The notes beneath the pieces were generated by a model, which searched no databases, was not told where the DNA came from, and saw only the letters and a program-made list of their open reading frames with translations. Source: Candidatus Undinarchaeota archaeon (lineage in GTDB: Archaea; SpSt-1190; JASMDC01). Taken from it: 64,000 nucleotides of DNA. Both the position numbers and the translations under genes were made by a program. Positions 43,636 through 53,463 of this stretch are shown in pieces. The stretch's first letter is position 1, and each line of letters opens with the position of its first letter. The stretch is taken from assembly GCA_964519305.1 (NCBI GenBank), contig CAZFHY010000001.1:96001-160000 (forward strand), given 5' to 3'.

Positions 43636-45798
43636 CTATGTGCCGGTCCTGCGGAGCACGAGCGCCGTTCGGGACGGTATGTACACCTGCACGGACTGTG
43701 CCTGATCGTGGGCCGGGACCTCTTGGCTGGACAGTGCGATCGAGTCATCTACACGCCCATGACCGCCGAGGTCGCTCGCATCGCTATCCAGCACGATGCT
43801 GTACTCGCCCGCCTCGGGTACACCGAACCGGTAGTCCGGGATGGATGCCGATGGATTGAAGTTGAAGATGAAGACGAGCCCCCCCCGCTCGAAAATGAGC
43901 ACGTTGTTGGCCTCGTCCACGTTGAGCCGACGGGCAGGGCCCGCGGCAAGCATGCTAGTCTCAGTGGCGAGCCCGATCATGACCTTGTCGAACGCGAGCA
44001 GGTATCTGTAGCGGAGGTCCTTGTCATCGGCCAGCGACCACTGGCGGCGGGCGTGCTTGTAGCTCCAGCTGTTGCCCTCTCGTGGGAAATCGATCCACTC
44101 CGGATGGCCGAACTCGTTGCCTATGAAGTTAAGGTACCCTTCACCGCCCAGGGCGAGCGTGATGAGCCGGATCATCTTGTGGAGGGCCATACCGCGGTCG
44201 ACGCGAAGGCTCTGATCGCCGGTGCGCATGAACCAGTACATGTCCGCATCCATGAGCCAGAACGCGAGGGTCTTGTCCCCCACCAGCGCCTGATCGTGGC
44301 TCTCCGCGTAGGCTATGGTCCGCTCTGACGGACGCCGGTTGGTGAGCACGTTCCACAGCTCGTTCATGCTCCAGTTCTCGTCGGGAACGTGCTTTAACAG
44401 CTTGATCCAGTAGTCCGGGATGCCCATGCCCAACCGGTAGTCGAAACCAAGGCCTCCCTCGATGACAGCACGTCCGAGTCCCGGCATACCCGACATATCC
44501 TCGGCGATGAGCCAGGAACAGGGTTTCACCTCCTTACAGATAGTGGCAGCCAGCTGGATATACGTGATCGCCTCATGGTCGATGTTGTGCTTGAAGTACA
44601 TGTCGTAGTGTGTGAAGTCCACCCCGAACCCGTGATGTAGGTACATCATGGAGGTGATGCCGTCGAACCGGAATCCATCGAAATGATACTCTTCCAGCCA
44701 GTACCGCAGATTGGACAGGAGGAAGTGGACTACCTCGATCTTCCCGTAGTTGAATAGCATGGAGTCCCAAGATATGTGTTCCCCGCGAGGACCCTCGTGG
44801 AAGAACTGCCATACGGTGCCGTCGAACCGGTTGATACCCTCTGCCAGGTTCTTGACGGCATGGGAGTGCACGAGGTCGAGCAGCACTCGGATGCCTAGGC
44901 GGTGAGCGGTGTTCACTAGGTACTTCAGGTCCTCAGGAGTGCCGAACCTCGATGAGGGGGCGAAGAAGTTCGAGACGTGATAACCGAAGGAGCCGTAATA
45001 GGGGTGCTCCTGGACGGCCATGAGCTGGATTGCGTTGTACCCCAGCTCCTTGATTCGAGGAAGGACGTTGTCCGCGAACTCGCGATAGGTGCCGATGCCC
45101 TCCCGTTCCTGGGCCATTCCTACATGTGCTTCATAGATGACGAGCGGCTCGTCCTTCTGTGGCTTGAATCTGCCGTCGGTCCACTTGAACGGCTTCGGGG
45201 GCAGCCATACCTGGCCTGCGAAGTCCTTGGTATCATCGTCCTGTACAGCACGACGGACATAGAGCGGGATACGGTCCATGCTCCCCTCCTCGGAGACCAC
45301 GTGGACCTTGACCTTGCTACCATGGGTGAACGTCTTCTTGTACTCCTTCCGGGGCAGGAAGATCTCCCACTGGCCCATCTCCTTCTGCTCCAGTGGATGT
45401 GATGTGCGGTCCCAGCCGTTGAAGTCGCCTGTGAGATAGAGGGCATTGGCATTGGGCGCCCACTCGCGGTACACCCACCCGTCCTTCACCTCGTGGATGC
45501 CGAACCAGAGGTGGCCGGAGGCGAACTCCGTGAGAGAGGAGTTATGTGCGTAGATGTGGTCGAGCATGCGTTCGTAGCGTTCATGACGGAGCCTCAGCTC
45601 ACGCTTGTAAGGCTCGAGCCATGGATCGACGACGATGAGACCGGTGCCGTCGGTGGGCAGGGAAGGTCTTTCCGGCTCCTGTGCTAGAGCGTTCGCTGGG
45701 GCCTTACGAGCCTTGGACGGCGGTTTCGTATTCACCACCCGCTCGATGCGGGGTCCTTTGACCCGTATCTCCGTCCTAGATCGCTTCTTCCCCGTCAC
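43636..45798 (-). CDS. glgB: 1,4-alpha-glucan branching enzyme, GH13 (eukaryote/Bacteroidetes-type)
   Basis: YREWAPNA, IYEAHVGM, EHPYYGSFGYHV, LDLVHSHA, FDGFRFDGITSM, IAEDMSG, YAESHDQALVGDKT, GNEFGHPEWIDFPR. Confidence 0.93.
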   Translation of the reverse strand: MTGKKRSRTEIRVKGPRIERVVNTKPPSKARKAPANALAQEPERPSLPTDGTGLIVVDPWLEPYKRELRLRHERYERMLDHIYAHNSSLTEFASGHLWFGIHEVKDGWVYREWAPNANALYLTGDFNGWDRTSHPLEQKEMGQWEIFLPRKEYKKTFTHGSKVKVHVVSEEGSMDRIPLYVRRAVQDDDTKDFAGQVWLPPKPFKWTDGRFKPQKDEPLVIYEAHVGMAQEREGIGTYREFADNVLPRIKELGYNAIQLMAVQEHPYYGSFGYHVSNFFAPSSRFGTPEDLKYLVNTAHRLGIRVLLDLVHSHAVKNLAEGINRFDGTVWQFFHEGPRGEHISWDSMLFNYGKIEVVHFLLSNLRYWLEEYHFDGFRFDGITSMMYLHHGFGVDFTHYDMYFKHNIDHEAITYIQLAATICKEVKPCSWLIAEDMSGMPGLGRAVIEGGLGFDYRLGMGIPDYWIKLLKHVPDENWSMNELWNVLTNRRPSERTIAYAESHDQALVGDKTLAFWLMDADMYWFMRTGDQSLRVDRGMALHKMIRLITLALGGEGYLNFIGNEFGHPEWIDFPREGNSWSYKHARRQWSLADDKDLRYRYLLAFDKVMIGLATETSMLAAGPARRLNVDEANNVLIFERGGLVFIFNFNPSASIPDYRFGVPEAGEYSIVLDSDASDLGGHGRVDDSIALSSQEVPAHDQAQSVQVYIPSRTALVLRRTGT

Positions 45799-45874
45799 AG
45801 TAACTCCCGCTACCGACCTATCCCTTCGTTAATATGAAGCTTTGCTTTACGTAGAAGGAGGCTTGCTCGCCCCT

Positions 45875-45890
45875 GAGAAAGCCTTTTTAA
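45875..45890 (+). promoter_or_regulatory. BRE/TATA promoter of the tRNA pair
   Basis: GAGAAAGCC-TTTTTAA about 30 nt upstream of tRNA-Val. Confidence 0.65.
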
Positions 45891-45918
45891 CCTTTGCCCC
45901 CTGTGGGGAGGCTGCGGC

Positions 45919-45993
45919 GGGCCTGTGGTCTAGTTGGTCCATGACATCCGCCTTACTAGCGGGGGATCGCCGGTTCGAATCCGGCCGGGCCCA
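45919..45993 (+). tRNA. tRNA-Val(TAC)
   Basis: Acceptor GGGCCTG/CGGGCCC-A; anticodon stem TCCGC/GCGGG with loop CT-TAC-TA; T-arm GCCGG TTCGAAT CCGGC; CCA not encoded. Confidence 0.9.
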
Positions 45994-46007
45994 TAGGCCG
46001 TCGCGGA

Positions 46008-46084
46008 GCCGATGTGGTGTAGCCTGGTTAGCACCGGGGACTGTGGATCCCCGAGCTCGGGTTCAAATCCCGGCATCGGCCCCA
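46008..46084 (+). tRNA. tRNA-His(GTG)
   Basis: GCCGATG/CATCGGC-C-CCA; anticodon arm GGGGA CT-GTG-GA TCCCC; TTCAAAT T-loop. Confidence 0.95.
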
Positions 46085-46154
46085 TCTTCACAGTGCTAGT
46101 GTGAGCGCTCAACCATGAAGTAATCCCGGATGTCAAGTACCGGGATAACCGGAC

Positions 46155-47405
46155 CTAGTATGTCTTGTACTTCTTCACGGACCCTGACCGGAAGGAGCCC
46201 CTGAACCGCCTTGGCGGGCCCCGGGATTGCCTCGGGGGCGGCCGCGCGGCCGCTCCGAACGCGTCCATCGCACGGTTCGAATGGAACCTGTGGTCCACGA
46301 GCGTCATTTTCACCCGTGTGAGCCGCTCGATATCGCGCAGGAGGTCGCGTTCCTCCGCCGAGCACAGAGAAAGGGCCATGCCTGACGCCCCGGCCCGCGC
46401 CGTACGCCCTATGCGGTGGATGTAGACCTCGGACTCATTAGGGAGATTATAGTTGACAACGTGTGAGATGTTATCGACGTCGATACCGCGTGCAGCGATG
46501 TCCGTAGCAACGAGCACCTGAATGCGGCCCGATTTGAAATTGTTCATCGCCTGAGTTCGTCGGTTCTGAGTCTTATTGCCGTGGATGGCATCGGCCTCGA
46601 TCCCGTGCTTGTTGAGCACGCGGGCCACCTTGTTCGCCCCGTGCTTCGTGCGGGTGAACACCAAGGCGGATGTCACGTGTCGCATACGGAGGAGCTCGAT
46701 CAACAATGCATCCTTGGCGTTGCGATCCACGAAGAAGACGCATTGGTCAACGCTCTCTACTGTGGTCGCCTGAGGAGCCACCTCCACACGGACCGGATCT
46801 ACGAGAAACTGTTGGACGAGCTCACGTATCGTCGCTGACATGGTAGCTGAATAGCATTGTGATTGGCGTAGGCGGTGGAACTTGGCAACGATCCGGCGGA
46901 CGTCATTGATGAAGCCCATGTCTAGCATCCTGTCCACCTCGTCGAGCACGAAGTACTCGACACCGTTCAGCTTGATGTAACCCTGGTTCATCAGGTCGAG
47001 AAGCCGTCCCGGTGTGGCTACGAGGATGTCGACGCCCCGGGAAAGGGCCCTGACCTGTTGCCCCTGCTTGACGCCTCCGAACACGACCGTGTGCCTGAAC
47101 TTGAGGAACCGGCCATAGGTACCAAAGCTCTCGTCGATCTGTGCAGCGAGCTCTCGCGTGGGCGCGAGAACGAGCACGCGGGGAGATCCCGGAACGGGGA
47201 CCCAGCGCTCTTCGGACAGTTTTTGAAGAATAGGCAATACGAATGCAGCGGTCTTGCCCGTGCCCGTCTGGGCGATGCCGATCAGGTCGCGTCCATTCAT
47301 GAGATGGGGGATGGCCTGCTCCTGTATCGGCGTGGGCGTGGTGTATCCTTCTTTATCCAACGCCCGCTGGAGTGGCTCAATGAGATTCAGTTCTTCAAAT
47401 GACAT
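46155..47405 (-). CDS. rhlE: DEAD-box RNA helicase, RhlE-like (start refined to MSFEELNL)
   Basis: PTPIQ, AQTGTGKT, PTRELA, TPGRLLD, DEVD, SAT, ARGID, HRIGRTAR. Confidence 0.9.
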   Translation of the reverse strand: MSFEELNLIEPLQRALDKEGYTTPTPIQEQAIPHLMNGRDLIGIAQTGTGKTAAFVLPILQKLSEERWVPVPGSPRVLVLAPTRELAAQIDESFGTYGRFLKFRHTVVFGGVKQGQQVRALSRGVDILVATPGRLLDLMNQGYIKLNGVEYFVLDEVDRMLDMGFINDVRRIVAKFHRLRQSQCYSATMSATIRELVQQFLVDPVRVEVAPQATTVESVDQCVFFVDRNAKDALLIELLRMRHVTSALVFTRTKHGANKVARVLNKHGIEADAIHGNKTQNRRTQAMNNFKSGRIQVLVATDIAARGIDVDNISHVVNYNLPNESEVYIHRIGRTARAGASGMALSLCSAEERDLLRDIERLTRVKMTLVDHRFHSNRAMDAFGAAARPPPRQSRGPPRRFRGSFRSGSVKKYKTY

Positions 47406-47631
47406 GTTTTTACCTCGGGATGATCTGTAGAACGTTGATAGATGACCTGAGGATGGCCGGGGGTATTTAAATACCGGGGGTGGGTCCTTCTTTCGGATAT
47501 GTCCTCGAGCGGGATATCCGTTCTCAGCCCCAATCATCGGCCTTCACATGCTGCACTGCTATCCAACACCGGGCTTTGAATGGGCCCGGACCCTCAACCT
47601 TATTAAAACACTGATGCGATGACCGCCCGGG

Positions 47632-49230
47632 ATGGCGATGATCCACCTCCTCAACGACCTCCTGCGGCCGTTGATACCCGATTCGGTCCTCATCGCCTTC
47701 TTCCTGTTCCTTGCAGCGCTCCTCACCGCACGTCGGTCCCTATCATGGCAGTTCCGACGTATCGGCCAAGGGACATGGTCGCTTCTGGCGGTCGTGGTCC
47801 TCATCACGTTATGGATCAGGCTGACCATCCCGCCTCTACAGCACGTGATATACGTGGACGAAGCACAGTACATGGAGGCCGGTAAGGAGATGCTGCGGAC
47901 GGGCCACCAGGGCGAACTGATCCTGTCCGTGGGATGGCCGTTCGTTCTCAGGCTTGCGTTCGCACTCTTCGGGACATCTAACTGGGTGGCCATCAACACT
48001 TCGATCCTGCTCGGAGCGCTCTCCGTCGTTCCCCTCTTTCTCCTCGCCTACCTAGTAACGGACCGTACCGATCTGGCACTTGTTGCCTCGATGGTGTTGG
48101 CGCTCTATCCTCCGCACATCAGGTGGTCGGCCACCGCTGCGAGCAACGCGTCCTCCCTCTTCTTCATGCTCCTGACGCTCGTGTTCTTCATGGTCTATTA
48201 TCGGACGGAAAGGACATCCGTGGCGTGGCTCGCCTGGATGAGCATCGCCTTCACGGCCCAGTTCCGGCCCGAGAACCATGCTCTTATCGTCCTGTTCCTC
48301 ATCGGTCGGGTCATCATAGGTGGTAGAGGCAAGCGCATGCCGGGCTCGATATATTTGATCCAGGGCCTCATCATGGTGCTCCTCGTCCTCCCCAATCTTG
48401 CACAGGTGCTCGAGGACAATGTGTACACGAACTGGATAGAGAGCGATAGTGACGGACGCATGACGGGCAGCAACTGGAGCCTCGCCAATCTCGTCAACAA
48501 CTCCCGTGAGTACGGTCCGGAACTGTTCGGCGGCATCTACCACCCGTTGATCGTACCAGTGATGATGGTCATCGGTATGGTCGTTCTTACCACCAGGAAA
48601 CAGCCCGAGAGCCAGTTCCTCATGACATGGTTCGTGGTCTTGTGGCTTATCTACTTCACGTCCTGGTTCCAGACCCTGGCGGGGAGGGATAGGTTCTACA
48701 TGGTCCTGTATCCGGCCATCGCCATCTATGCGGCAGCGGGAGCTGTCCATCTGGCTGACGCACTATCGACCCACCTCACGAGTTCATGGACGCGGTGGGG
48801 CGCCCTCATCATAGTAGCGGTCCTCACCGTCCATATCTACGTTCCATATACGGTGTTCGGCTCGAAGACGTACTCGCAATCCGCCCTTGCTCTCGAGACG
48901 AGGATACCGGAACTGGCGGAACAAGAACTCCCGCCCGATTGCGTGATCGTCGCGAACTGGCCTGTGATCCTGAGGTCCACTACAGAGCTCGAGGTCGTCG
49001 ACCTCGATGATTTCGTCCAGCTCCTCCCTGTCCAGGAGGGATTGTTCGGACGGACCCAGTGCATCCTCTTCTTCGAGGACTACACCTGTCTGGACTGGAA
49101 ACCCTACCTGGCCCAACGTTGCGACCTTTTCCGAAGGATGTTCGAGACCGAACCATACAGGAGCTATCAGGAAGGAGAGACCCGGTACACTTTCCATCGC
49201 ATTACGCGGAGAAATATCGCAGTAGGGTGA
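47632..49230 (+). CDS. GT-C fold membrane glycosyltransferase (ArnT/PMT-like)
   Basis: YVDEAQY after the first TMs; many TMs; FRPEN; DRFY. Confidence 0.75.
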   Translation: MAMIHLLNDLLRPLIPDSVLIAFFLFLAALLTARRSLSWQFRRIGQGTWSLLAVVVLITLWIRLTIPPLQHVIYVDEAQYMEAGKEMLRTGHQGELILSVGWPFVLRLAFALFGTSNWVAINTSILLGALSVVPLFLLAYLVTDRTDLALVASMVLALYPPHIRWSATAASNASSLFFMLLTLVFFMVYYRTERTSVAWLAWMSIAFTAQFRPENHALIVLFLIGRVIIGGRGKRMPGSIYLIQGLIMVLLVLPNLAQVLEDNVYTNWIESDSDGRMTGSNWSLANLVNNSREYGPELFGGIYHPLIVPVMMVIGMVVLTTRKQPESQFLMTWFVVLWLIYFTSWFQTLAGRDRFYMVLYPAIAIYAAAGAVHLADALSTHLTSSWTRWGALIIVAVLTVHIYVPYTVFGSKTYSQSALALETRIPELAEQELPPDCVIVANWPVILRSTTELEVVDLDDFVQLLPVQEGLFGRTQCILFFEDYTCLDWKPYLAQRCDLFRRMFETEPYRSYQEGETRYTFHRITRRNIAVG

Positions 49231-49259
49231 GGCCTGCTATTCTGGACGTGGTGTCCAGT

Positions 49260-49781
49260 TCACGTTGCGCCTGAAAAGAACGTGTGCGCGATGAGACCAG
49301 CGATCGGTGCGAAGAGGATCGTGCTGGCGATGTGGATGAGGGTTATCTTCCATCCCAGGATACCCACTGCCATCGGGAGCCGGGCGATCGACAAGAGCCC
49401 CCAAGCGGTCAGGAACGCGACCAAGGTCCCAACGCCGGCACCTGCCTTGAGGAAACCGGCTGCGATGGGGAAGGTCACATGGGGTCCGCCGGGAGCGAGA
49501 GTACCGGCCGCCGTACCGATGAGGATCCCCCGCGTGCCCGATTCAGCGCTCACCCACTCGGAGACCAGCTCCTCGGGCACTAGGACCTGTACCATCCCGG
49601 CCACGACGAACGCAGCTATCAGGAGGGGCAGGACCTGTACCGTCATGTCCAGGCCGGCCTTCAGACCGGTGATGTGCAGGTCACCTCCCTTTGAGTAGCC
49701 AATGTAGAGAAGCACGAGCGCGAGTGCTCCCATCAGTAAAGTAGGTGCCAACATGGACGGTTTCCTCCTTTTTACTTCCAT
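49260..49781 (-). CDS. Predicted permease (DUF318/ArsP-like)
   Basis: GILIGTAAGTLAPGGP...FPIAAGFLKAGAGVGTLVAFLTAW. Confidence 0.8.
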   Translation of the reverse strand: MEVKRRKPSMLAPTLLMGALALVLLYIGYSKGGDLHITGLKAGLDMTVQVLPLLIAAFVVAGMVQVLVPEELVSEWVSAESGTRGILIGTAAGTLAPGGPHVTFPIAAGFLKAGAGVGTLVAFLTAWGLLSIARLPMAVGILGWKITLIHIASTILFAPIAGLIAHTFFSGAT

Positions 49782-49853
49782 ACGCCAGCATCAGCGAGGT
49801 TATCCCGACAAGAAAAAGAACCTTTATTAATGGGCAGTGGCGGACGCCACAAC

Positions 49854-51203
49854 GTGGGAAGGCATGCACGTGTCGCGTTTATGTTCATCGCCATCGTGAT
49901 ATCCATTTCCTTAGCCCAACAGCTGAATTTCTACATGAAGCTCCATCATACCTGGAGCGGGACTGTGTTCTTCCCGGACGGCACGAAGCGGCTCATCGGC
50001 ACATTCCCCCAGCTGGAGGTCGGGAGCGGGTATCGGCTCGAACTGGAGCATCAGGACGCACGGATCGTTCTCGGGCTTAGGGACGCTACCGTGGCCTCCG
50101 ACATCGACCTCGACCTGACCGGGATGAAGGTTGTTTCCAGTGGCAAAGGTCACTTCATCGGTATCCCTCAGGCCGGATGGCGGGCGATCGCTGACCAGTT
50201 AAGGCCCAGGTCCGTCCTCATCTCTTTCCCGACGACGGGCGACAAGCTCTATTCATGCGCCAAGGAGGACCCTGTCAACTGCACGACCGCCGACTGGAAA
50301 GAGTGTACGACGTGCTCCAAGACCGGACAGGGATGGATCGTACTCCCGCAGGGGAGCTATGGTACTTCGAGCGATAGCCAGGCACCCGTCGATGTCGTCA
50401 AGAAGGCCGACGAACTGCTGAAGTGGAAGGAGATCCTGATGGCACTTGTGGCACTGGCCGGTATGGGCTGGGGTGCACTGAAGCTCGCAAAGCGGCACAC
50501 GCTCGGTGAAGAAAAGGTAGAGCTCCTGCGGGACATCGCTCTCGAGGGAGGCCACGTCAAGCTCACGCTCACAGTGCTCAACCACTCGACCTTCGCCATA
50601 CGTAAGGTCGAGGTGCACCTGGACGTCCCCGACCACCTCAAGGTAAAGGAGCCCGCGGTACTCCCGCTGGAGATGGGCGACGTCGAGGCCGAGGAGCGGA
50701 TGACGGCGGTGTTCCGGCTCATCCCCATCCAGCGCGTGACGGGGAACATCCAAGGTACGATAACCTACCTCGACAGGCGTGGGGAGCGCGTCTCGGTAAC
50801 CCTCAAGGAGGTGCCGGTCCCCTGCCTCTGCTCGTTCATGGTGAAGACCGCCATCCCAGAGGAGGAGTTCGATGAGAAGCATGGGCATATGGAAACGGTG
50901 GTCCGACACAGGAAAAGCACCCAGGAACAGGACCCCGTCATCGACGGGCTCAAGGAGCGGTGCAGCGTGCTGGAGGTCATAGCTGAGCGCTGGGATTCCG
51001 ACGAGGAGTGGATCGGCAAGTACTTCGCCAAGGAGCGGCACAGCAACCGCGAGTTCGGCCTGGTCATCCGGTACAGCAAGGCCGGGCAGGAAGGAGAGAA
51101 AGCCCCGATCGAGATCACCGCCTTCGGCGAGGACAGGGACACGATCACAGGTCTTGCCGAGGAGATCGCTGCCTTCCTCGATTACGAGGAGGAGAACCAG
51201 TAG
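49854..51203 (+). CDS. Single-pass membrane protein sharing its cytoplasmic domain with ORF 16271-18628 (start uncertain)
   Basis: Signal/TM, small Cys-containing external domain, TM, then GEEKVELLRDIALEGGHVKLTLTVLNHSTFAI...FGEDRDTITGLAEEI. Confidence 0.7.
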   Translation: MGRHARVAFMFIAIVISISLAQQLNFYMKLHHTWSGTVFFPDGTKRLIGTFPQLEVGSGYRLELEHQDARIVLGLRDATVASDIDLDLTGMKVVSSGKGHFIGIPQAGWRAIADQLRPRSVLISFPTTGDKLYSCAKEDPVNCTTADWKECTTCSKTGQGWIVLPQGSYGTSSDSQAPVDVVKKADELLKWKEILMALVALAGMGWGALKLAKRHTLGEEKVELLRDIALEGGHVKLTLTVLNHSTFAIRKVEVHLDVPDHLKVKEPAVLPLEMGDVEAEERMTAVFRLIPIQRVTGNIQGTITYLDRRGERVSVTLKEVPVPCLCSFMVKTAIPEEEFDEKHGHMETVVRHRKSTQEQDPVIDGLKERCSVLEVIAERWDSDEEWIGKYFAKERHSNREFGLVIRYSKAGQEGEKAPIEITAFGEDRDTITGLAEEIAAFLDYEEENQ

Positions 51204-51284
51204 ACAACTCCAATTCACCCCGACTCCCTATCGGTTTTTTATTTCATAACCGGTACGGCCACGCATAGCGAGGTTGAACGAGTC

Positions 51285-51776
51285 ATGGCGTTGAAAATGA
51301 AATGGCCCACAGCCTGCATCGGATGTGGTGCGACTGAAGAGGACTCTCCTCTAGGCAAGGAGGAGAACCGGTGGGAGGCTGCACCTGGTGAGGAACTACC
51401 GACCGAGGGCAAGGAACGGAAGGCCGCTCGGAAAGCCCGGTCCCTGTGGGCGACCACCTACGTCTGCAGCGAGTGCAAGGGAAAGGCCCGGAAGAACAGG
51501 TTGACCGCCGCTGCCCCGTATCTGGCGGGATCCGTGCTTCTTGCCGGTTTTGGTTTCACGTCCCTGGGCGATGGAGCTAGCTCCCTTCCACTCGTGCTCA
51601 TGGGTGCTGGTGCTCTCCTGCTATTCCCTGCCATCCACCATATCGAGCAGGGCTCGCATCTGTTCTACTACAACGTCGACCTGGACGCGGATCCCCGCAC
51701 CGTAACCTTCGACTCAGATGCGTTCCGGAAGAAGTTCACCGAGGCGAATCCTGACCTGGATATCGAGGTACGCTGA
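51285..51776 (+). CDS. Zinc-finger (CxxC...CxxC) membrane protein
   Basis: WPTACIGCG...VCSECK followed by two TM helices. Confidence 0.6.
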   Translation: MALKMKWPTACIGCGATEEDSPLGKEENRWEAAPGEELPTEGKERKAARKARSLWATTYVCSECKGKARKNRLTAAAPYLAGSVLLAGFGFTSLGDGASSLPLVLMGAGALLLFPAIHHIEQGSHLFYYNVDLDADPRTVTFDSDAFRKKFTEANPDLDIEVR

Positions 51777-51777
51777 G

Positions 51778-52743
51778 TCAGTACCTGCAGTTAAGTGGTC
51801 TGGCCAGGCGTTGCTTCATGAGCGCAAGCTGCTCGCGCATCTGGTCGATGACCTCGCGTGACCGCGCGTCCGGGCTACCGGCCGCCAGCCGCTCGACCTC
51901 GCCCTCGAGCTCCTCGATGTACCCGCTGGGATTCTTGTTGCGGTTCCCCCAGTCACCGATGCGGCACTGGCGCTCGGCAACGTAAGGCCCCAGAGCTTCG
52001 ATGACCTCTTCCTGTAGGTCATCGCTATGCACGGCGTGAGGACCGAGGAACGAGAGGGTAGTCCCGTCCTTCTTCATGTCCAGCGCGGCGGTCGAATAGA
52101 ACACGTTCATATGGAACGTGGGGTACACCTCCCTGATGCGGTCCTCCAGTCGCTTGAACAGCTCGAGGCTCTGACCTGAGCCCCCAAGGCTGAACATGCT
52201 GGCCGACGCCCACTCCAGCCCGGGGCGTTGCTGGAAGTCCTCGAGGATGGCAGCGTAGGCTGCCTCGACAGAGCTACCGGTGGCCACCGTGTCACCGGTG
52301 AGGAGGTGGATGCGTCCCGTCTCGGGCATGGCCTCGAAGTTCTTGTATGTCACCTCGGCCGTGAAGTCACCATCGTTGCCCACAGCATGACGCTTGATAC
52401 CAAGGAAGTTGATGGGCAGCTGCTCACCGAACACCTTCTGGAAGGCGCGTTCGATGTGATAGTACAGCCCGCCGCTGAGGAGGATGACCTCAACTACCTC
52501 GCCCTGGGGCGTGTCGTTGAGCGGGACGAGCTCGGCCGCGACCTTGAGCGCGTTCTTCATGGCCTCGAGCGAGGTGGCCTGCAGCGGCTCACCGGCCAGC
52601 CACGGCTTGAACAGCATCTCCCTACCGTACTGCTCATCGATGATGTAGGTCCGCTCGGGGACGCCGTCCATCACCACCCGGTACACCCGGATACCCTTGA
52701 TCGTCCGCCGTTCGAGCTGGTAGTCATTTGCCTCGGCCATCAT
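51778..52743 (-). CDS. Type I phosphoribosyltransferase-fold protein (UPRT-like)
   Basis: ILLSGGL, GIKR and LLTGDTVATGSS PRPP-loop-like motif. Confidence 0.6.
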   Translation of the reverse strand: MMAEANDYQLERRTIKGIRVYRVVMDGVPERTYIIDEQYGREMLFKPWLAGEPLQATSLEAMKNALKVAAELVPLNDTPQGEVVEVILLSGGLYYHIERAFQKVFGEQLPINFLGIKRHAVGNDGDFTAEVTYKNFEAMPETGRIHLLTGDTVATGSSVEAAYAAILEDFQQRPGLEWASASMFSLGGSGQSLELFKRLEDRIREVYPTFHMNVFYSTAALDMKKDGTTLSFLGPHAVHSDDLQEEVIEALGPYVAERQCRIGDWGNRNKNPSGYIEELEGEVERLAAGSPDARSREVIDQMREQLALMKQRLARPLNCRY

Positions 52744-52823
52744 AATCCACCTTGGAGTGGATTGACGCCAAACGCGTAGAAATAAAAGTCTCCGTTCGCC
52801 CCGGGGTCGCGGGAAAGGGAACC

Positions 52824-53444
52824 ATGTCGATCCACGATATCACCGTGAACTTGCGCGAGGGCATGACCATCTATCCGGGCGATCCGACCTTCACTCGCGA
52901 GGTAGTGTCGACCGTCGCCGAAGGATGCGCCCTCTCCAAGCTGCACCTCGGCGCCCACACGGGCACCCATGTCGATGCGCCCGCCCATATGGTGGAAGGG
53001 GGATCGACCATCGATGCTGTTAATCCCGACGTGCTCGTTGGCCCTGCGGTGGTCGTGGAGGTCACCCACCCCCTGCGCATCACCCGGGAGGAGCTGACCA
53101 CCCATCACTGGGACGGTGTAGAGCGGGTGCTGTTCCGAACAGGGAACGCAGGGAGCCTCGGTACGGCACACTTCAGGGAGGACTACGTGTACCTGGACGA
53201 GGAGGCCGCCCGGTTCCTCGCCGAGAAGGGCGTCCGACTGGTGGGTGTGGACTATCTCTCCGTCGATCCACCCCATAGCGGGACACATCCTGCTCACATG
53301 GCCCTTTTCGCCGCTGACATCGTAATCATCGAAGGCCTCGACCTATCGCATGTGAGCCCCGGCAGGTATGAGCTCATCTGCGCTCCTTTGAAAGTGAAGG
53401 GTGGCGACGGTGCTCCCGCTCGCGTGTTCCTTAAGGACCTTTGA
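52824..53444 (+). CDS. Cyclase / kynurenine formamidase family metal hydrolase
   Basis: YPGDP, HTGTHVDAPAH, GVDYLS, IIEGL, GGDGAPARV. Confidence 0.9.
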   Translation: MSIHDITVNLREGMTIYPGDPTFTREVVSTVAEGCALSKLHLGAHTGTHVDAPAHMVEGGSTIDAVNPDVLVGPAVVVEVTHPLRITREELTTHHWDGVERVLFRTGNAGSLGTAHFREDYVYLDEEAARFLAEKGVRLVGVDYLSVDPPHSGTHPAHMALFAADIVIIEGLDLSHVSPGRYELICAPLKVKGGDGAPARVFLKDL

Positions 53445-53463
53445 GCCGGGACCGTCCGTTATA

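Noticed and set aside
45950-45962. CTA or TTA triplets in the tRNA loop as a possible stop-codon suppressor
   Set aside because: The stem register TCCGC/GCGGG places TAC at 34-36, and the body matches archaeal tRNA-Val.
47462-47475. 14-bp palindrome GGTATTTAAATACC upstream of rhlE
   Set aside because: Largely explained by a self-complementary TATA box; no independent support for an operator.
46085-49230. Possible island integrated at tRNA-His (rhlE onwards)
   Set aside because: No integrase seen and no duplicated tRNA 3' end found by eye.
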